Shown in pieces: positions 20,341 to 30,360 of a stretch of DNA of 64,000 nucleotides. The DNA is taken from positions 2,285,824 to 2,349,823 of the forward strand of contig CBDBFX010000002.1 in NCBI GenBank assembly GCA_965205205.1, in the 5' to 3' direction. The number at the start of each line of letters is the position of its first letter. Positions within the stretch are counted from its first letter, which is position 1. The stretch is from Arenicellales bacterium. GTDB taxonomy: Bacteria > Pseudomonadota > Gammaproteobacteria > Arenicellales > JAJDZL01. Both the position numbers and the translations under genes were made by a program. Under the pieces are notes generated by a model. That model searched no databases. It was not told the origin of the DNA and was given only the letters and a program-made list of their open reading frames with translations.

Positions 20341-21312
20341 TCATCCGGCACCCGATTCTTCCCTCAACTGATTGATGTCCGCTGGCGACAGGTTTGCATA
20401 TCGTCGTATTTCCTCGTTCGACCAGCCCTCTGCAATGAATCGTTTTACAATGTCCTGAACACCCTCTTTCCGGCCTTCCAATCGACCCAGCTGCCGAATC
20501 TCGCCCACCGACACCGACATCAGGTCTTCCATCTGAGCATGAATCTCCTGCATGATCTCATCTCCCGGCTCATTCGCCTCAAGTTCCTTCTGCAACCTCT
20601 CCATTTTAACCTCTTCACATACATTCAGGAAGTAAAAATACACGCTGTTCAGCAGCTGACGCCGCAGTCGCCCCGGCAGCGCATGAACCAGCTCCAGCCA
20701 ACCGATGAACGCCCGCTCGTCCGCCTCCCAGATGTTCGCCATCGCATGCAGCACCAGCCGCAGCGGCGCCGGCGCCTGGCGCAGCCGCGCACCAACCGCC
20801 GGCTCCCTGAGACTGACGAACACCGCCTGGAAATCAATCAGATGACTGCCGAACTCATCCACAAACTCCGCCGACAGCCGCGCATGCTCGAACGCGCGAA
20901 ACGATTTCTCCCGCCGCCACTCCGCCGCACCGTGATAAATGATGATCGGCAGCACCGCATCCACACCTTCCTCGTACAGGGTTGACATGTACCGCAGCAG
21001 CTGGCGCATCACATCGGCGTCCGGACCGCTCTTGTGTTCCACCAGTATGCTGACCACCACCTGCGTATGATCCCTCAGCCGCACCTTCACCAGCAGGTCC
21101 GAATACCGGGCCTTCAGATCCTGCGTGCTGGTCATGACGTTGGAGGCCACCGTCAGCGTGTCAAGGTCGAACAGCGCCAGCTGCGCCGGCGTCAGGACAA
21201 ACGACAGCAGATCCCGCACCCAGGCGGTGTGCCTCAGGTGCGACGTGAAAAAATTGTTGTGCCACTTGCCGCCCTTGCCGGAACGCCCCTAATCACTGTG
21301 GTTCTCAGGCAT
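20341..21312 (-). pseudogene. Rpn/YhgA-like gene, copy 3, with in-frame TAG at codon 8
   Basis: Reads ATG CCT GAG AAC CAC AGT GAT TAG, with the stop at 21289-21291. The rest matches copy 2 except a 12-nt shorter EG region. It could still be expressed from Met 21219 as a 292-aa protein. Confidence 0.7.
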
Positions 21313-22106
21313 GGCGGGCCACCTGGGGCTGACGGATCTTCGGGCGGCGGGACTGTCTCATTTTGGGCAACTCCATCAGACACACCGTCGGCCTGAGTTG
21401 GGGATGGATCGAAAAATCACATTTTAACCGACCGCGAGCGCAAATGCTTATCGATTCGCCACGCGGCAATTACGCGGTCTCCATTTTGAGCCATTGGAGA
21501 GCAATTAAAGCATGGGTCAGAAGACGGGAGAGGCGGTTTACAAAGTCCGGGACGTCCAGGGCGGTGATTGTGATGCCGATGGCAATGCCGGTTGTGCCAC
21601 CAGGTGTCTGGGGCGGTTTTCAGGCGCACTGATCCTCAGCCTGATGGTGCGCCGGTTGCAGTCGAAATTGGAGCCAAGCGGCCTGCGGCAGAGCGCGGTG
21701 CCTCAACGAGCGGGTGTGCGCCGACTGTCGGTGGCGGAACGCACTGATGGCCATCGCCTGAAGGGCCACGGCCGACAGCAGTACCTGCAGCATAGTTTAT
21801 TATAATGAAAATAATATAATGAGATGATTATTTAATTCATTTATTTAAATCAGAGAGTTGGAGTGCTTGTCACCGAGTTGGAAAACGTAAGCATCTGATA
21901 AGGTGATGCCAGGTTTGGAAAAACGATTTTTTCAGAGACAAACCGATCAGCACAATATCAATTACTGACGAACATCGTTTTTCGTCCTCCATCAATTGAT
22001 ACGTCATATTCCGAAATGATCATACTCAACTGCGCCAGTCCGTTGGAGTAATCAACCTGTCTGACTTCGTCTCACCGCGCCATGATACGTCTTCCGTCAG
22101 GGTATA

Positions 22107-25100
22107 ATGCGTCATCATCAGAACCGCCGCCCCGACTTGCGGCAAGTTGCTGAACATTGCCTGAAATCTGATATTGCCAATGATACGGGCAGCCTTTTCC
22201 TTTCACCTGTTACACATGGACCGTCATTGAATTTTCAGCAGATCATTGCCACCCTCAATCATTATTGGGGGAATCAGGGTTGCATCATTCTGCAGCCTTA
22301 CGATATGGAGGTCGGGGCAGGAACGTTTCATCCGGCCACCTTTCTGGGAGCCATCGGCCCGGAGCCGACGCGTGCCGCTTATGTGCAGCCGTCTCGGCGA
22401 CCGACCGACGGGCGTTATGGTGACAATCCCAACCGACTGCAGCACTATTTCCAGTATCAGGTCGTGCTGAAGCCCTCGCCCGCTGATTTTCAGGAACTCT
22501 ATCTGGGTTCGCTGCGAGCACTGGGTATTGACCCGCTACTGGATGACATCCGTTTCGTAGAAGATGACTGGGAGTCGCCCACACTTGGTGCGTGGGGTTT
22601 GGGCTGGGAGGTCTGGCTGAATGGCATGGAAATCACTCAGGTCACCTACTTCCAGCAGGTCGGCGGGCTGGAATGTCGGCCGGTGACCGGTGAGATCACT
22701 TACGGTCTCGAGCGCATTGCGATGTACGTCCAGGAAGTGGACGGAGTTTTTGATCTCAGTTGGAATGCTGAGGTGAGTTATGGCGACCTCTATCTTCAGA
22801 ATGAGTTCGAACAGTCCCGGTACAACTTTGAGACGGCTGATACCGAATCGCTGTTCCAGCAGTTCGAAGCCTGCGAAGACGCGTGCCATTCGTTGACCGA
22901 AATGGACTTGCCGCTGCCAGCTTACGAGCAGGTGCTTCGCGCCTCGCATGTGTTCAATCTGCTGGATGCCAGGCGTACGATTGGCGTAACCGAACGAGCC
23001 GTCTATATTGGCCGCGTCCGCGCGCTCGCGCGCAGTGTCGCGCAAAGTTATTTCAAGAGTCGAGAAACAAAAAACTTTCCCCGCCTGCGGAAAACGGCAT
23101 CCGCGGCCCCGAATGGACGCCCACCGGTTGTCCATTCGACGACTGAGCCACCCATACAGGCGCCACTGCTGCTGGAACTCGGAACTGAAGAACTTCCGCC
23201 GCAGGCGGTATCCGCACTTGGGAAGGCGTTGGACCATGAGCTTAAATCCGCGCTGTCACAGAGCGGGCTGATTGATTCCCCTGAAGTGACATCTCAGTGG
23301 TATGCTACGCCGCGTCGAATCGCAGTCCATGTCGACGGCGTTCGATCGCGCCGGGAAGATGCCGAAAAAATTCGTCGAGGTCCGGCACTCGACCGGGCTT
23401 TCGAAGCGGACGGTACGCCGACCAAAGCGGCTGCCGGGTTCGCCAGAAGCTGCGGAGTTGCGGTTCAGGAACTGGCGACGGTGAAAACCGAAAGCGGTGA
23501 ATTTCTCGCTTTCCGATTCAGGGAACGCGGAAAAATAGCGCTCGAATTGATTCCGCAATGCGTGCAGACCGCCTTGACGCGTCTGCCGATTCCCAAACGA
23601 ATGCGCTGGGGGGATTACAGTCACGAGTTCATTCGCCCGGTACACTGGATCGTTCTGCTGCATGGCCGGCAGGTGATACCGTGTACCGTGCTGGCTGTTG
23701 AATCCGGGTCGCAGACCCTCGGTCATCGGTTTCTCGGTGCTCACTCAATAGCACTGGAAGATGCGGAAAGTTACGCTGATGCGCTCTTAAGAGAAGGACA
23801 TGTCATGGTGGATCGGGTGATGCGCCGACAGTCAATCCGTCGGCAGATCGAGGCGCTTGAACAGCGCAGTCAGGTGACGGCCATGCGCGATGAGGAACTG
23901 CTTGACGAGGTGGCTGACCTGGTTGAGTGGCCGTACGTATTCTGTGGTGAATTTGATGATGGCTTCCTGCAGCTGCCGCCTGAGGTTCTGATATCGTCGA
24001 TGCGCAGACACCAGAAGTACTTTCCGGTACACAATGGTGATGGCGCCCTGCTGGCAAAGTTTTTCGGTGTGGCGAATATAGAGCCGGCCGACGATTCGAA
24101 GGCGCGGAGAATCGTCGTCGGCAATGAACGGGTATTGCGCGCCAGATTGTCCGACGCACAATTTTTTTATCAGCAGGACTGCAGATCGACTCTGGAAAAC
24201 AAACTGCCGGCCCTTGAACACCTGGTGTTCCATCGAAAACTGGGTTCTTATGCCAGTAAGACGGAACGAATCGAAAAGCTGGCCGTCTGGATTGCGGGAA
24301 TGGTGGGTGCCGACGGTGAAGCTGTGGCTTGCGCCGCACGTCTTGCAAAAGCGGACCTGGTCAGCGAAATGGTTGGGGAATTTCCCGACCTGCAGGGTAT
24401 TATGGGGCGTTATTACGCACAGCGGGATGGCTTTGCCGAGCCGATCTGCCGGGCGATTCAGGAACACTATATGCCGATCACCGCAGGCGGCCAACTGCCC
24501 ATGGAGGATGGTGGCATGATCGTCGCCATCGCCGATCGGGTTGATTCTTTGGTCGGGTTGACGAGCGCCGGCGAAGCGGCAAAGGGTGATCGCGATCCCT
24601 TCTCACTTCGGCGGATGGCGCTGGCGGTTCTCAGCATCATGATTGAACGTAGAATCAATCTGAATCTGCTGGAAATTCTTCAGATGGCCGCACAGATTTA
24701 CCGCGACCAGACGGCCGCATCCGCGCGCGGCAGCGCAGCTGTGCCAACGCACGCTGACCTGAAACGGTTGCACGAGTTCATGCTGGAGCGTCTCAGACAC
24801 TACTATCTGGAGCAGAACATCGCTGCTGATGAGTTCAATGCCGTACATGAACTGAAACCGGCTAGACCGCTGGATTTTGACAGAAGGCTTCGCGCGGTGC
24901 GGCAGTTTCGACAGTTCAAGGAGTATGCGGATCTCATCGCGGCGAATAAACGCATTCGCAATATACTGAATCGAGCGGACCGTTCAGAGGGGTTCAAGAT
25001 CACACCGGAAAAGTTCACAGAAGAGGCCGAAGCCGTACTTTTCGATCAGGCGAGTGCGCTCGCGCACCAGATCGAACCACTGATTGAAGCGTCGAGACAC

Positions 25101-25286
25101 GACGATATCCTGTGTGAGCTCGCCGTGCTTCGTGACCCGATCGATCGATTTTTTGACACCGTAATGGTGATGGATGAGAATCTCGAACTGAGGCAGAACC
25201 GCATGGCCCTCGTCGGCTTTGTCTACGAGCTGTTCCGAGAAGTGGCCGATCTATCGAAACTACAACCCAAAAAGGCGCAATCATGA
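22107..25286 (+). CDS. glyQS: Glycine--tRNA ligase, alpha and beta subunits fused in one ORF
   Basis: 1059-aa ORF. The N-terminal ~300 aa match GlyQ ([33 protein letters not shown]). After a ~30-aa linker comes GlyS ([14 protein letters not shown]...PIPKRMRWG...). No ATG/GTG/TTG is available in frame for a separate glyS. The true start may be TTG 22227. Confidence 0.9.
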   Translation: MRHHQNRRPDLRQVAEHCLKSDIANDTGSLFLSPVTHGPSLNFQQIIATLNHYWGNQGCIILQPYDMEVGAGTFHPATFLGAIGPEPTRAAYVQPSRRPTDGRYGDNPNRLQHYFQYQVVLKPSPADFQELYLGSLRALGIDPLLDDIRFVEDDWESPTLGAWGLGWEVWLNGMEITQVTYFQQVGGLECRPVTGEITYGLERIAMYVQEVDGVFDLSWNAEVSYGDLYLQNEFEQSRYNFETADTESLFQQFEACEDACHSLTEMDLPLPAYEQVLRASHVFNLLDARRTIGVTERAVYIGRVRALARSVAQSYFKSRETKNFPRLRKTASAAPNGRPPVVHSTTEPPIQAPLLLELGTEELPPQAVSALGKALDHELKSALSQSGLIDSPEVTSQWYATPRRIAVHVDGVRSRREDAEKIRRGPALDRAFEADGTPTKAAAGFARSCGVAVQELATVKTESGEFLAFRFRERGKIALELIPQCVQTALTRLPIPKRMRWGDYSHEFIRPVHWIVLLHGRQVIPCTVLAVESGSQTLGHRFLGAHSIALEDAESYADALLREGHVMVDRVMRRQSIRRQIEALEQRSQVTAMRDEELLDEVADLVEWPYVFCGEFDDGFLQLPPEVLISSMRRHQKYFPVHNGDGALLAKFFGVANIEPADDSKARRIVVGNERVLRARLSDAQFFYQQDCRSTLENKLPALEHLVFHRKLGSYASKTERIEKLAVWIAGMVGADGEAVACAARLAKADLVSEMVGEFPDLQGIMGRYYAQRDGFAEPICRAIQEHYMPITAGGQLPMEDGGMIVAIADRVDSLVGLTSAGEAAKGDRDPFSLRRMALAVLSIMIERRINLNLLEILQMAAQIYRDQTAASARGSAAVPTHADLKRLHEFMLERLRHYYLEQNIAADEFNAVHELKPARPLDFDRRLRAVRQFRQFKEYADLIAANKRIRNILNRADRSEGFKITPEKFTEEAEAVLFDQASALAHQIEPLIEASRHDDILCELAVLRDPIDRFFDTVMVMDENLELRQNRMALVGFVYELFREVADLSKLQPKKAQS

Positions 25287-25624
25287 ATGAGGATTCATTT
25301 GACGGAATGCTGCAGGCGGTCCGGGAATTTCACGCCAGGCACGACATGGAAAATACCGGTGGGCTTGATCTCAAGTTCCGCATCGCACTGATGTGTGAAG
25401 AGCTGGGGGAAATATCCGCCGCCGTAACCAAGGGCAAGGGGACTGCTCAGATGGCTGAGGAGTGTGCGGATCTTCTGATTCTGCCGCTCGGGACTTCCAT
25501 CGCCGCCAAGTTTGATCTCAAGCGGATTTTCTGGCAGAAAATGGCCAATATTCAGCGGCGCGAGGGTCGGTTGATCGACGGCACGCTCCGCGTATCTGAT
25601 TTTGAGTTTGATGCGGCCCGCTGA
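25283..25624 (+). CDS. MazG-like nucleotide pyrophosphohydrolase domain protein
   Basis: 113 aa with an EExxE...E..D helix pair ([12 protein letters not shown]...[10 protein letters not shown]). Its ATG overlaps the glyQS TGA (ATGA). Confidence 0.65.
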   Translation: MNEDSFDGMLQAVREFHARHDMENTGGLDLKFRIALMCEELGEISAAVTKGKGTAQMAEECADLLILPLGTSIAAKFDLKRIFWQKMANIQRREGRLIDGTLRVSDFEFDAAR

Positions 25625-25672
25625 ACCGCGGATCGGGCGAGAGCCGCCATCACCCGATTATCAAAGCACGTC

Positions 25673-26395
25673 ATGAATACCATGCGATCAATCGTCTTTA
25701 TGACGCTGTTGATTCTGGGGACGCTGATATTTTGGCCGGCTGCCGTCTCAGTCTATTTCTGCAAACCAAAATTTCGCTCGCGCGTCATCGGTGTCTGGGC
25801 CCACTGTGCCATATGGCTGCTGAAATGGGTCTGTGGATTGCACCACGAAGTCAGGGGAATGGAGAAACTGCCCGCTCAACCTGCGGTCATTTTTTCCAAA
25901 CACCAGTCGGCCTGGGAGACCATTGCCTATCAGACGATCTTTCCACCGCAGGCCTGGGTGCTGAAACGTTCGCTGCTCTATATTCCGTTTTTTGGCTGGG
26001 GGCTGGCGGCTACCGGACCGATCAAAATCGATCGGACGTCGGTGCGAAAAGCGCTTGAACAGGTTGTGAAGCAGGGAATCAGGGTGTTGCAGGAAGGACG
26101 CTGGGTGGTCATTTTTCCAGAAGGCACTCGAATCGCCCCCGGTGAACATGGCACCTATCATGCCAGTGCCTCACTTCTGGCCATTCGAGCGGGCGTGCCG
26201 TTGGTACCCGTCGCACACAATGCGGGGGATTTCTGGCGCCGCCGGGAACTGACCAAACGTCCCGGTTGCATCCGAGTCAGAATCGGCGAACCGATTTATC
26301 CCGAGAACATCAAACCCCGGGACATGAATCGTCTGGCTGAAGATTGGATTCGCAAGACCATGCCGCAGATCAGCGATGCCTACGCGGAGGACTGA
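25673..26395 (+). CDS. plsC: 1-acyl-sn-glycerol-3-phosphate (lysophospholipid) acyltransferase
   Basis: 240 aa with an N-terminal TM helix, an HxxxxE/D box (KHQSAWET) and an FPEGTR box. Confidence 0.8.
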   Translation: MNTMRSIVFMTLLILGTLIFWPAAVSVYFCKPKFRSRVIGVWAHCAIWLLKWVCGLHHEVRGMEKLPAQPAVIFSKHQSAWETIAYQTIFPPQAWVLKRSLLYIPFFGWGLAATGPIKIDRTSVRKALEQVVKQGIRVLQEGRWVVIFPEGTRIAPGEHGTYHASASLLAIRAGVPLVPVAHNAGDFWRRRELTKRPGCIRVRIGEPIYPENIKPRDMNRLAEDWIRKTMPQISDAYAED

Positions 26396-26430
26396 CATGG
26401 ATTCCGTTGCCGCAGTCTTGGCGCATTGCG

Positions 26431-27000
26431 TTATTCAGTTATCTGATGACACATTGATTCGATTGGGAAAATCAGTTCCGCTGGTGGAACCGCGCGAATG
26501 ATATACTCATCGTTCTCGAAGACATAGATGAGATCGGCCGTAACATCATCGGTATCAACGACCTGTGCGGCATCGAGGTCCACCGCAAATCCCGGCGTCA
26601 GATAAATCGCGGTAGCCCGGACCGGAGCGTAACCGTCTTTGACTCGTCCAAAACTGATGGATTCGGTGATCTCGAGGGGTATCATTCGTTCGCGGGCATG
26701 GGGTTCCCAAACATAGAGCAATTTGCCGCGGATGTTCTGATTGGTCTTGAACACGGCGATGCCAACACCCTTGCGCTCGGTGCGAAGGTGAAAAATGTGC
26801 TGTTGGTATTCAAGAAATTCCTTTCTCGAGATGGCATTGGGTCGGCCACTGACGTATCGTTCTGGGTCGACCAGAAAATTCGCCATCATCAATTGATCGA
26901 ATTCATCGTACACAACGGTGCAGTCAAAGTAGTTCGCCCGCACTGAGGTCGAAGCCAGCAGCAATGTAGTGATGCAGAATACTAGCAGGCGATTAATCAT
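26431..27000 (-). CDS. Secreted hypothetical protein
   Basis: Start set at ATG 27000 (MINRLLVFCITTLLLASTSVRA, a Sec signal). The longer track ORF would overlap rsmA extensively. No family recognised. Confidence 0.55.
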   Translation of the reverse strand: MINRLLVFCITTLLLASTSVRANYFDCTVVYDEFDQLMMANFLVDPERYVSGRPNAISRKEFLEYQQHIFHLRTERKGVGIAVFKTNQNIRGKLLYVWEPHARERMIPLEITESISFGRVKDGYAPVRATAIYLTPGFAVDLDAAQVVDTDDVTADLIYVFENDEYIIRAVPPAELIFPIESMCHQITE

Positions 27001-27814
27001 GTGCGTGGGGCAGGATATTCCCGCGTTCAGGAGCATTCGAAACAATGTATTTGGCCAAATCCATATAACACTCGACACTGAGGTTCTCAGCGCGCAGACC
27101 CGCATCGATGCCCGCTTTATCAAAGATGGCTTCATCAACGACGCCACCTAGGGAATTTCTCAAGGTTTTGCGACGTCTGCCAAATGCCAGCCGTACCAGC
27201 GCGGAAAAAACCAGTTCTTTGGCCGGATCAGTGGCGGGTACCGCTTTTGGGCGCATGACGATAACGGAAGAATGCACTTCGGGAGGTGGTGAGAACGCAT
27301 TCGGTGAAACGTTGAACACCGATTCGACTTGGAAGAGGCGTGAGATACAGACTGAGAGACGGCCATAATGCTTCGTTCCACACTCGGCGGTCAGACGCTG
27401 AGCGACCTCCAATTGCACCATAAGGCACAGGTCTTCTATCAGGGGCGCATATTCTGACAGCTGAAGCAGCAGCGGCGTTGATATGGAATAGGGCAGATTG
27501 CCAGTGACGCGCAGTTTTCCGTTCGCGCAGCTGATGGACGCATAGTCGAATCGAAGGGCATCCGCGTGATGCAGTGTCAGTGAATCGGCACTGTATAGGC
27601 TGTGTAGCTTTCGTACCAGATCCGAATCGATTTCAATACCATGCAGATCGGCTCCGGAGCGGATCAAATGATGAGTGAGTGCGCCGGGACCCGGTCCGAT
27701 TTCGACGATCGTCTGATGAGGCAGGGGATTGATCAGGGTGATGATATCGTCAATGACCTGCGCATCAACCAAATAGTGTTGCCCCAATCGTTTTCGTTTG
27801 GTCTTTGCTGTCAA
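26993..27814 (-). CDS. rsmA: 16S rRNA (adenine1518/1519-N6)-dimethyltransferase
   Basis: 273 aa with KRLGQHYLVD and the SAM motif VEIGPGPGALT, typical of KsgA. Overlaps the pdxA stop by 4 nt. Confidence 0.92.
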   Translation of the reverse strand: MTAKTKRKRLGQHYLVDAQVIDDIITLINPLPHQTIVEIGPGPGALTHHLIRSGADLHGIEIDSDLVRKLHSLYSADSLTLHHADALRFDYASISCANGKLRVTGNLPYSISTPLLLQLSEYAPLIEDLCLMVQLEVAQRLTAECGTKHYGRLSVCISRLFQVESVFNVSPNAFSPPPEVHSSVIVMRPKAVPATDPAKELVFSALVRLAFGRRRKTLRNSLGGVVDEAIFDKAGIDAGLRAENLSVECYMDLAKYIVSNAPERGNILPHAHD

Positions 27815-28788
27815 GCCCGACTCCCGGCAGTCAGTTGGCTGGCAAGCTGTAGCGCGCGCTGGATGCTGCCAACATTGGCGGTGCCACGGCCGGCAATATC
27901 GTAAGCGGTACCGTGATCGACTGAAGTACGAATGATCGGTAATCCCAAGGTTACGTTGACGATCTTGCCAAATCCACCGTACTTGATGACCGGCAGCCCC
28001 TGGTCGTGATACATTGCGAGGACCACATCAAAGCGGGCCAGCTGTTCTTTGGTAAATATCGTATCGGCTGACAATGGGCCGGCGGCGCTGATTCCTTCGC
28101 GGCGCAGAATTTCAATGGCTGGGGCGATTTCCTCAATTTCCTCGTGTCCCAGTCTGCCACCTTCACCAGCATGTGGATTGAGGCCGCAAATCCCGATGTG
28201 CGGTGAGTTCATTCCAAAGCGTTCAACCAGGTCTTTATGCAGTATTCGGGTGATCGACGCAATTCTCTCACAGGTGATGTGTTTCGAAACTTCACGGAGT
28301 GGGAGGTGAGTGGTGGCCAAGGCAACATGGAAGGTATCGCTTGTCAGCAGCATGACCGGGCAGTGTGCTCCTGTTTGGTCTGCAATGTATTCCGTATGTC
28401 CCATGAAGCTAAAGCCGCCGCGCTGCATCATTTCCTTGTTGATCGGACCGGTGACCATTGCCTCGAATTCGCCGGTGAGACAGCCTTCGATCGCTCGGTT
28501 CAAGGTATTGATGAGATACCCCGCGTGACGTGGGTCGCCGGTACCGGGTGAAACTGGAAAGGGGCACTCAATGTGCAGCAGCTCAAATCGCGGCGTCCAA
28601 TGATTGGGTTGATATTGACTGAGACGCATTTCGTGGCTGAGAAGCTTGGCACGCGCCGTTAACACGCCCTCATCTGCAATGATTACGACTTGGTCTACGG
28701 TACCAGCAACCGATAACATAACAGCAAGGTCGGGTCCGATGCCGGCGGGGTCTCCCGGAGTCAATGCCAGTCTGGTGGGTTTATGCAA
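27811..28788 (-). CDS. pdxA: 4-hydroxythreonine-4-phosphate dehydrogenase
   Basis: PdxA-like from RLALTPGDPAGIGPDL onward. Start placed at TTG 28788 because the track's upstream extension overlaps the well-supported CDGSH gene. The exact start is uncertain. Confidence 0.85.
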   Translation of the reverse strand: MHKPTRLALTPGDPAGIGPDLAVMLSVAGTVDQVVIIADEGVLTARAKLLSHEMRLSQYQPNHWTPRFELLHIECPFPVSPGTGDPRHAGYLINTLNRAIEGCLTGEFEAMVTGPINKEMMQRGGFSFMGHTEYIADQTGAHCPVMLLTSDTFHVALATTHLPLREVSKHITCERIASITRILHKDLVERFGMNSPHIGICGLNPHAGEGGRLGHEEIEEIAPAIEILRREGISAAGPLSADTIFTKEQLARFDVVLAMYHDQGLPVIKYGGFGKIVNVTLGLPIIRTSVDHGTAYDIAGRGTANVGSIQRALQLASQLTAGSRA

Positions 28789-28843
28789 TCTGGTGCGTGG
28801 TACGGTAGCAGTATTCACCGGTTCATTTGAACGGAGGGTCGGT

Positions 28844-29083
28844 TCAGGGCAGGGAATTGTGTGTTCCGTCGCAGAAAGGCTGTCTGTTGGTGTACTTACA
28901 TCCACAGAACCAATACGCTCTCGCATCGGTGATTTCGACTTCAATCGGCGCAAATTCGGTACTCGCGTGAGAACCGTCGCAGAAAGGCTGATTGCTGGAT
29001 CTGCCACACCGACACCACCAGTATTTGCCGGGTTCAAGTTTTACTTCGAATGGTGATTTTTGTGCGATGATGGGTTCTGACAT
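28844..29083 (-). CDS. CDGSH iron-sulfur domain protein (two CDGSH motifs)
   Basis: Two copies of C-x-C-x(8-9)-PFCDG(S/T)H. ATG 29083 is preceded by GGAGAAGTC. Confidence 0.85.
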   Translation of the reverse strand: MSEPIIAQKSPFEVKLEPGKYWWCRCGRSSNQPFCDGSHASTEFAPIEVEITDARAYWFCGCKYTNRQPFCDGTHNSLP

Positions 29084-29265
29084 GACTTCTCCAAAATTGA
29101 ACGATGGACACAACCGATTCGTAAATGACTGAGCAAAGATTATCAGACTTTATTTTACCGGTTTGCTGGATGCGTATTGCAATCAGCGATTCAATGGACG
29201 GATGATTGGAATGAATTGGTTTGAAATGGAGGCGTTCTTGCAGTTCATTTCTGCAGGCGGTTTCG

Positions 29266-29900
29266 ATGATGGTAGCAAAAGATGTTTCACGGCCATTCAT
29301 TCCGGTATCCATCGCGGTGCTTACGATACCCGATTCCCGTACCGAGGACAATGATAAGTCCGGTGGTCTGCTTGTTGAACGGGTGAAAAAAAACCGGCCA
29401 TCAGGTCGCCGACAGAAAGATTGTAACCGATGATATTCATCAGATCCGCGCCCAGGTCTGTCAGTGGATTGCTGATTCGGACGTACAGGTAATACTCACG
29501 ACCGGTGGTACCGGCGTTACGGGTCGGGACGGAACGCCGGAAGCCGTTCGACCTCTGCTGGATCAGGAAATCACCGGTTTTGGAGAGATGTTCCGCGTGC
29601 TGTCTTATGACAGGATAGCAACCTCGACGCTACAGTCAAGGGACTTGGCCGGTGTGGTCAATGCCACCTACATTTTTTGTCTGTTCGGCCGGTGCCTGTT
29701 CGGATGCATGGGACATGCTGATTGAGCGCCCGCTTGATTATCGAAGCCGCCTATGTCATCTGGTGGAGCTGATGCGGCACCTGCCTGTAGCATCCAGTCA
29801 AATAGCGATTAATGGCGATCATATGACAGGCTCCGCGTCTTCTCCGCGGCTCGGCTTTCATGCCTCGTCAGCTTCTGTGAGATGGTGTGTTCGATCGTAA
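29266..29900 (+). pseudogene. moaB: moaB (molybdenum cofactor biosynthesis protein B) with two +1 frameshifts at homopolymers
   Basis: Three frames together read FIPVSIAVLTIPDSRTEDNDKSGGLLVERVKK | GHQVADRKIVTDDIHQIRAQV..ILTTGGTGVTGRDGTPEAV..GFGEMFRVLSY..TLQSR | SAGACSDAWDMLIERPLDYRSRLCH. The breaks are at A8 (29386-29393) and T6 (29673-29678). Confidence 0.8.
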
Positions 29901-30320
29901 AAGGCTCGCGCGCCGGCGCTTCATCGGGATGTTCCACTTCCGTAAACGCTCGAAAATCGGCTGAGGTACAGCTACCGCTGCCGCTTTGTGCCTGCGAACA
30001 ACTTCTTAACCATTTCCATTTTTCGGAACATCAATGCCTCGGTTGCGTCAATCGCGAGGCCGCCAATGCCAGTTCTCGGCCCAATTCAAGGCTGGGTTTC
30101 GGTCTGTCGATTAATGTTGTCTGCAACACACATCTACGGAAATGAACGTTTGATTCAGGAGTTCATTCATTGATCCAAATTGATGTTGACTGTCAATAAC
30201 GTCCTGAATCGAATATTCGCAAATGTGCCGATGCGGTGCGCGGGACTGATCATAGTGCGCTCGGAATGACGGATCTGAGCTGTCGGCCCGTACGGCCCTG
30301 GAACGTCCACCGACGATCCA

Positions 30321-30329
30321 TGCTACAAT
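30321..30329 (+). promoter_or_regulatory. Extended -10-like box TGCTACAAT upstream of paralog 1
   Basis: The 12-mer TGCTACAATGGG is invariant in all 11 units, ~32-40 nt upstream of the MN(K/R)L start. Confidence 0.5.
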
Positions 30330-30360
30330 GGGAGCAGACAAATCACTGATTGATGATGAA

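Larger units (their letters stand above)
17995..21470. repeat. Tandem ~2059-bp Rpn-containing units (unit 2 = 17995-20053; unit 3 = 20054-~21470, partial)
   Basis: ORFs at 18055/18282 recur at 20114/20341, an offset of 2059. Unit 1 (~14730-15599) is an internally deleted copy. The right-hand end of homology is approximate. Confidence 0.85.

Noticed and set aside
21363-21805. ORFs right of Rpn unit 3 (21363-21632, 21417-21629, 21512-21805), plus a 57-aa minus-strand ORF with a signal-like N-terminus.
   Set aside because: The frames overlap one another and are compositionally odd (His/Arg-rich). There is no RBS or domain evidence.
28789-29037. Upstream 83-codon extension of the pdxA ORF.
   Set aside because: It overlaps, in another frame, the CDGSH gene (28844-29083). 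That gene has two perfect CDGSH motifs and a good RBS. PdxA homology starts only at RLALTPGDPAGIG.
29034-29351. 105-aa minus-strand ORF between the CDGSH gene and moaB.
   Set aside because: It overlaps both the CDGSH gene start and the moaB 5' region, and has no motif support.
30328-30360. N-terminal extensions given by the ORF track (MGTDVSLTDDE- or MLQW.QTVHRSNP.- before MN(K/R)L).
   Set aside because: The two leader versions use different upstream ATGs, and both overlap the conserved TACAAT box. Paralog 8 has an in-frame TGA (47278-47280) just upstream of MNKL. Only the MN(K/R)L Met is common to all 11 copies.
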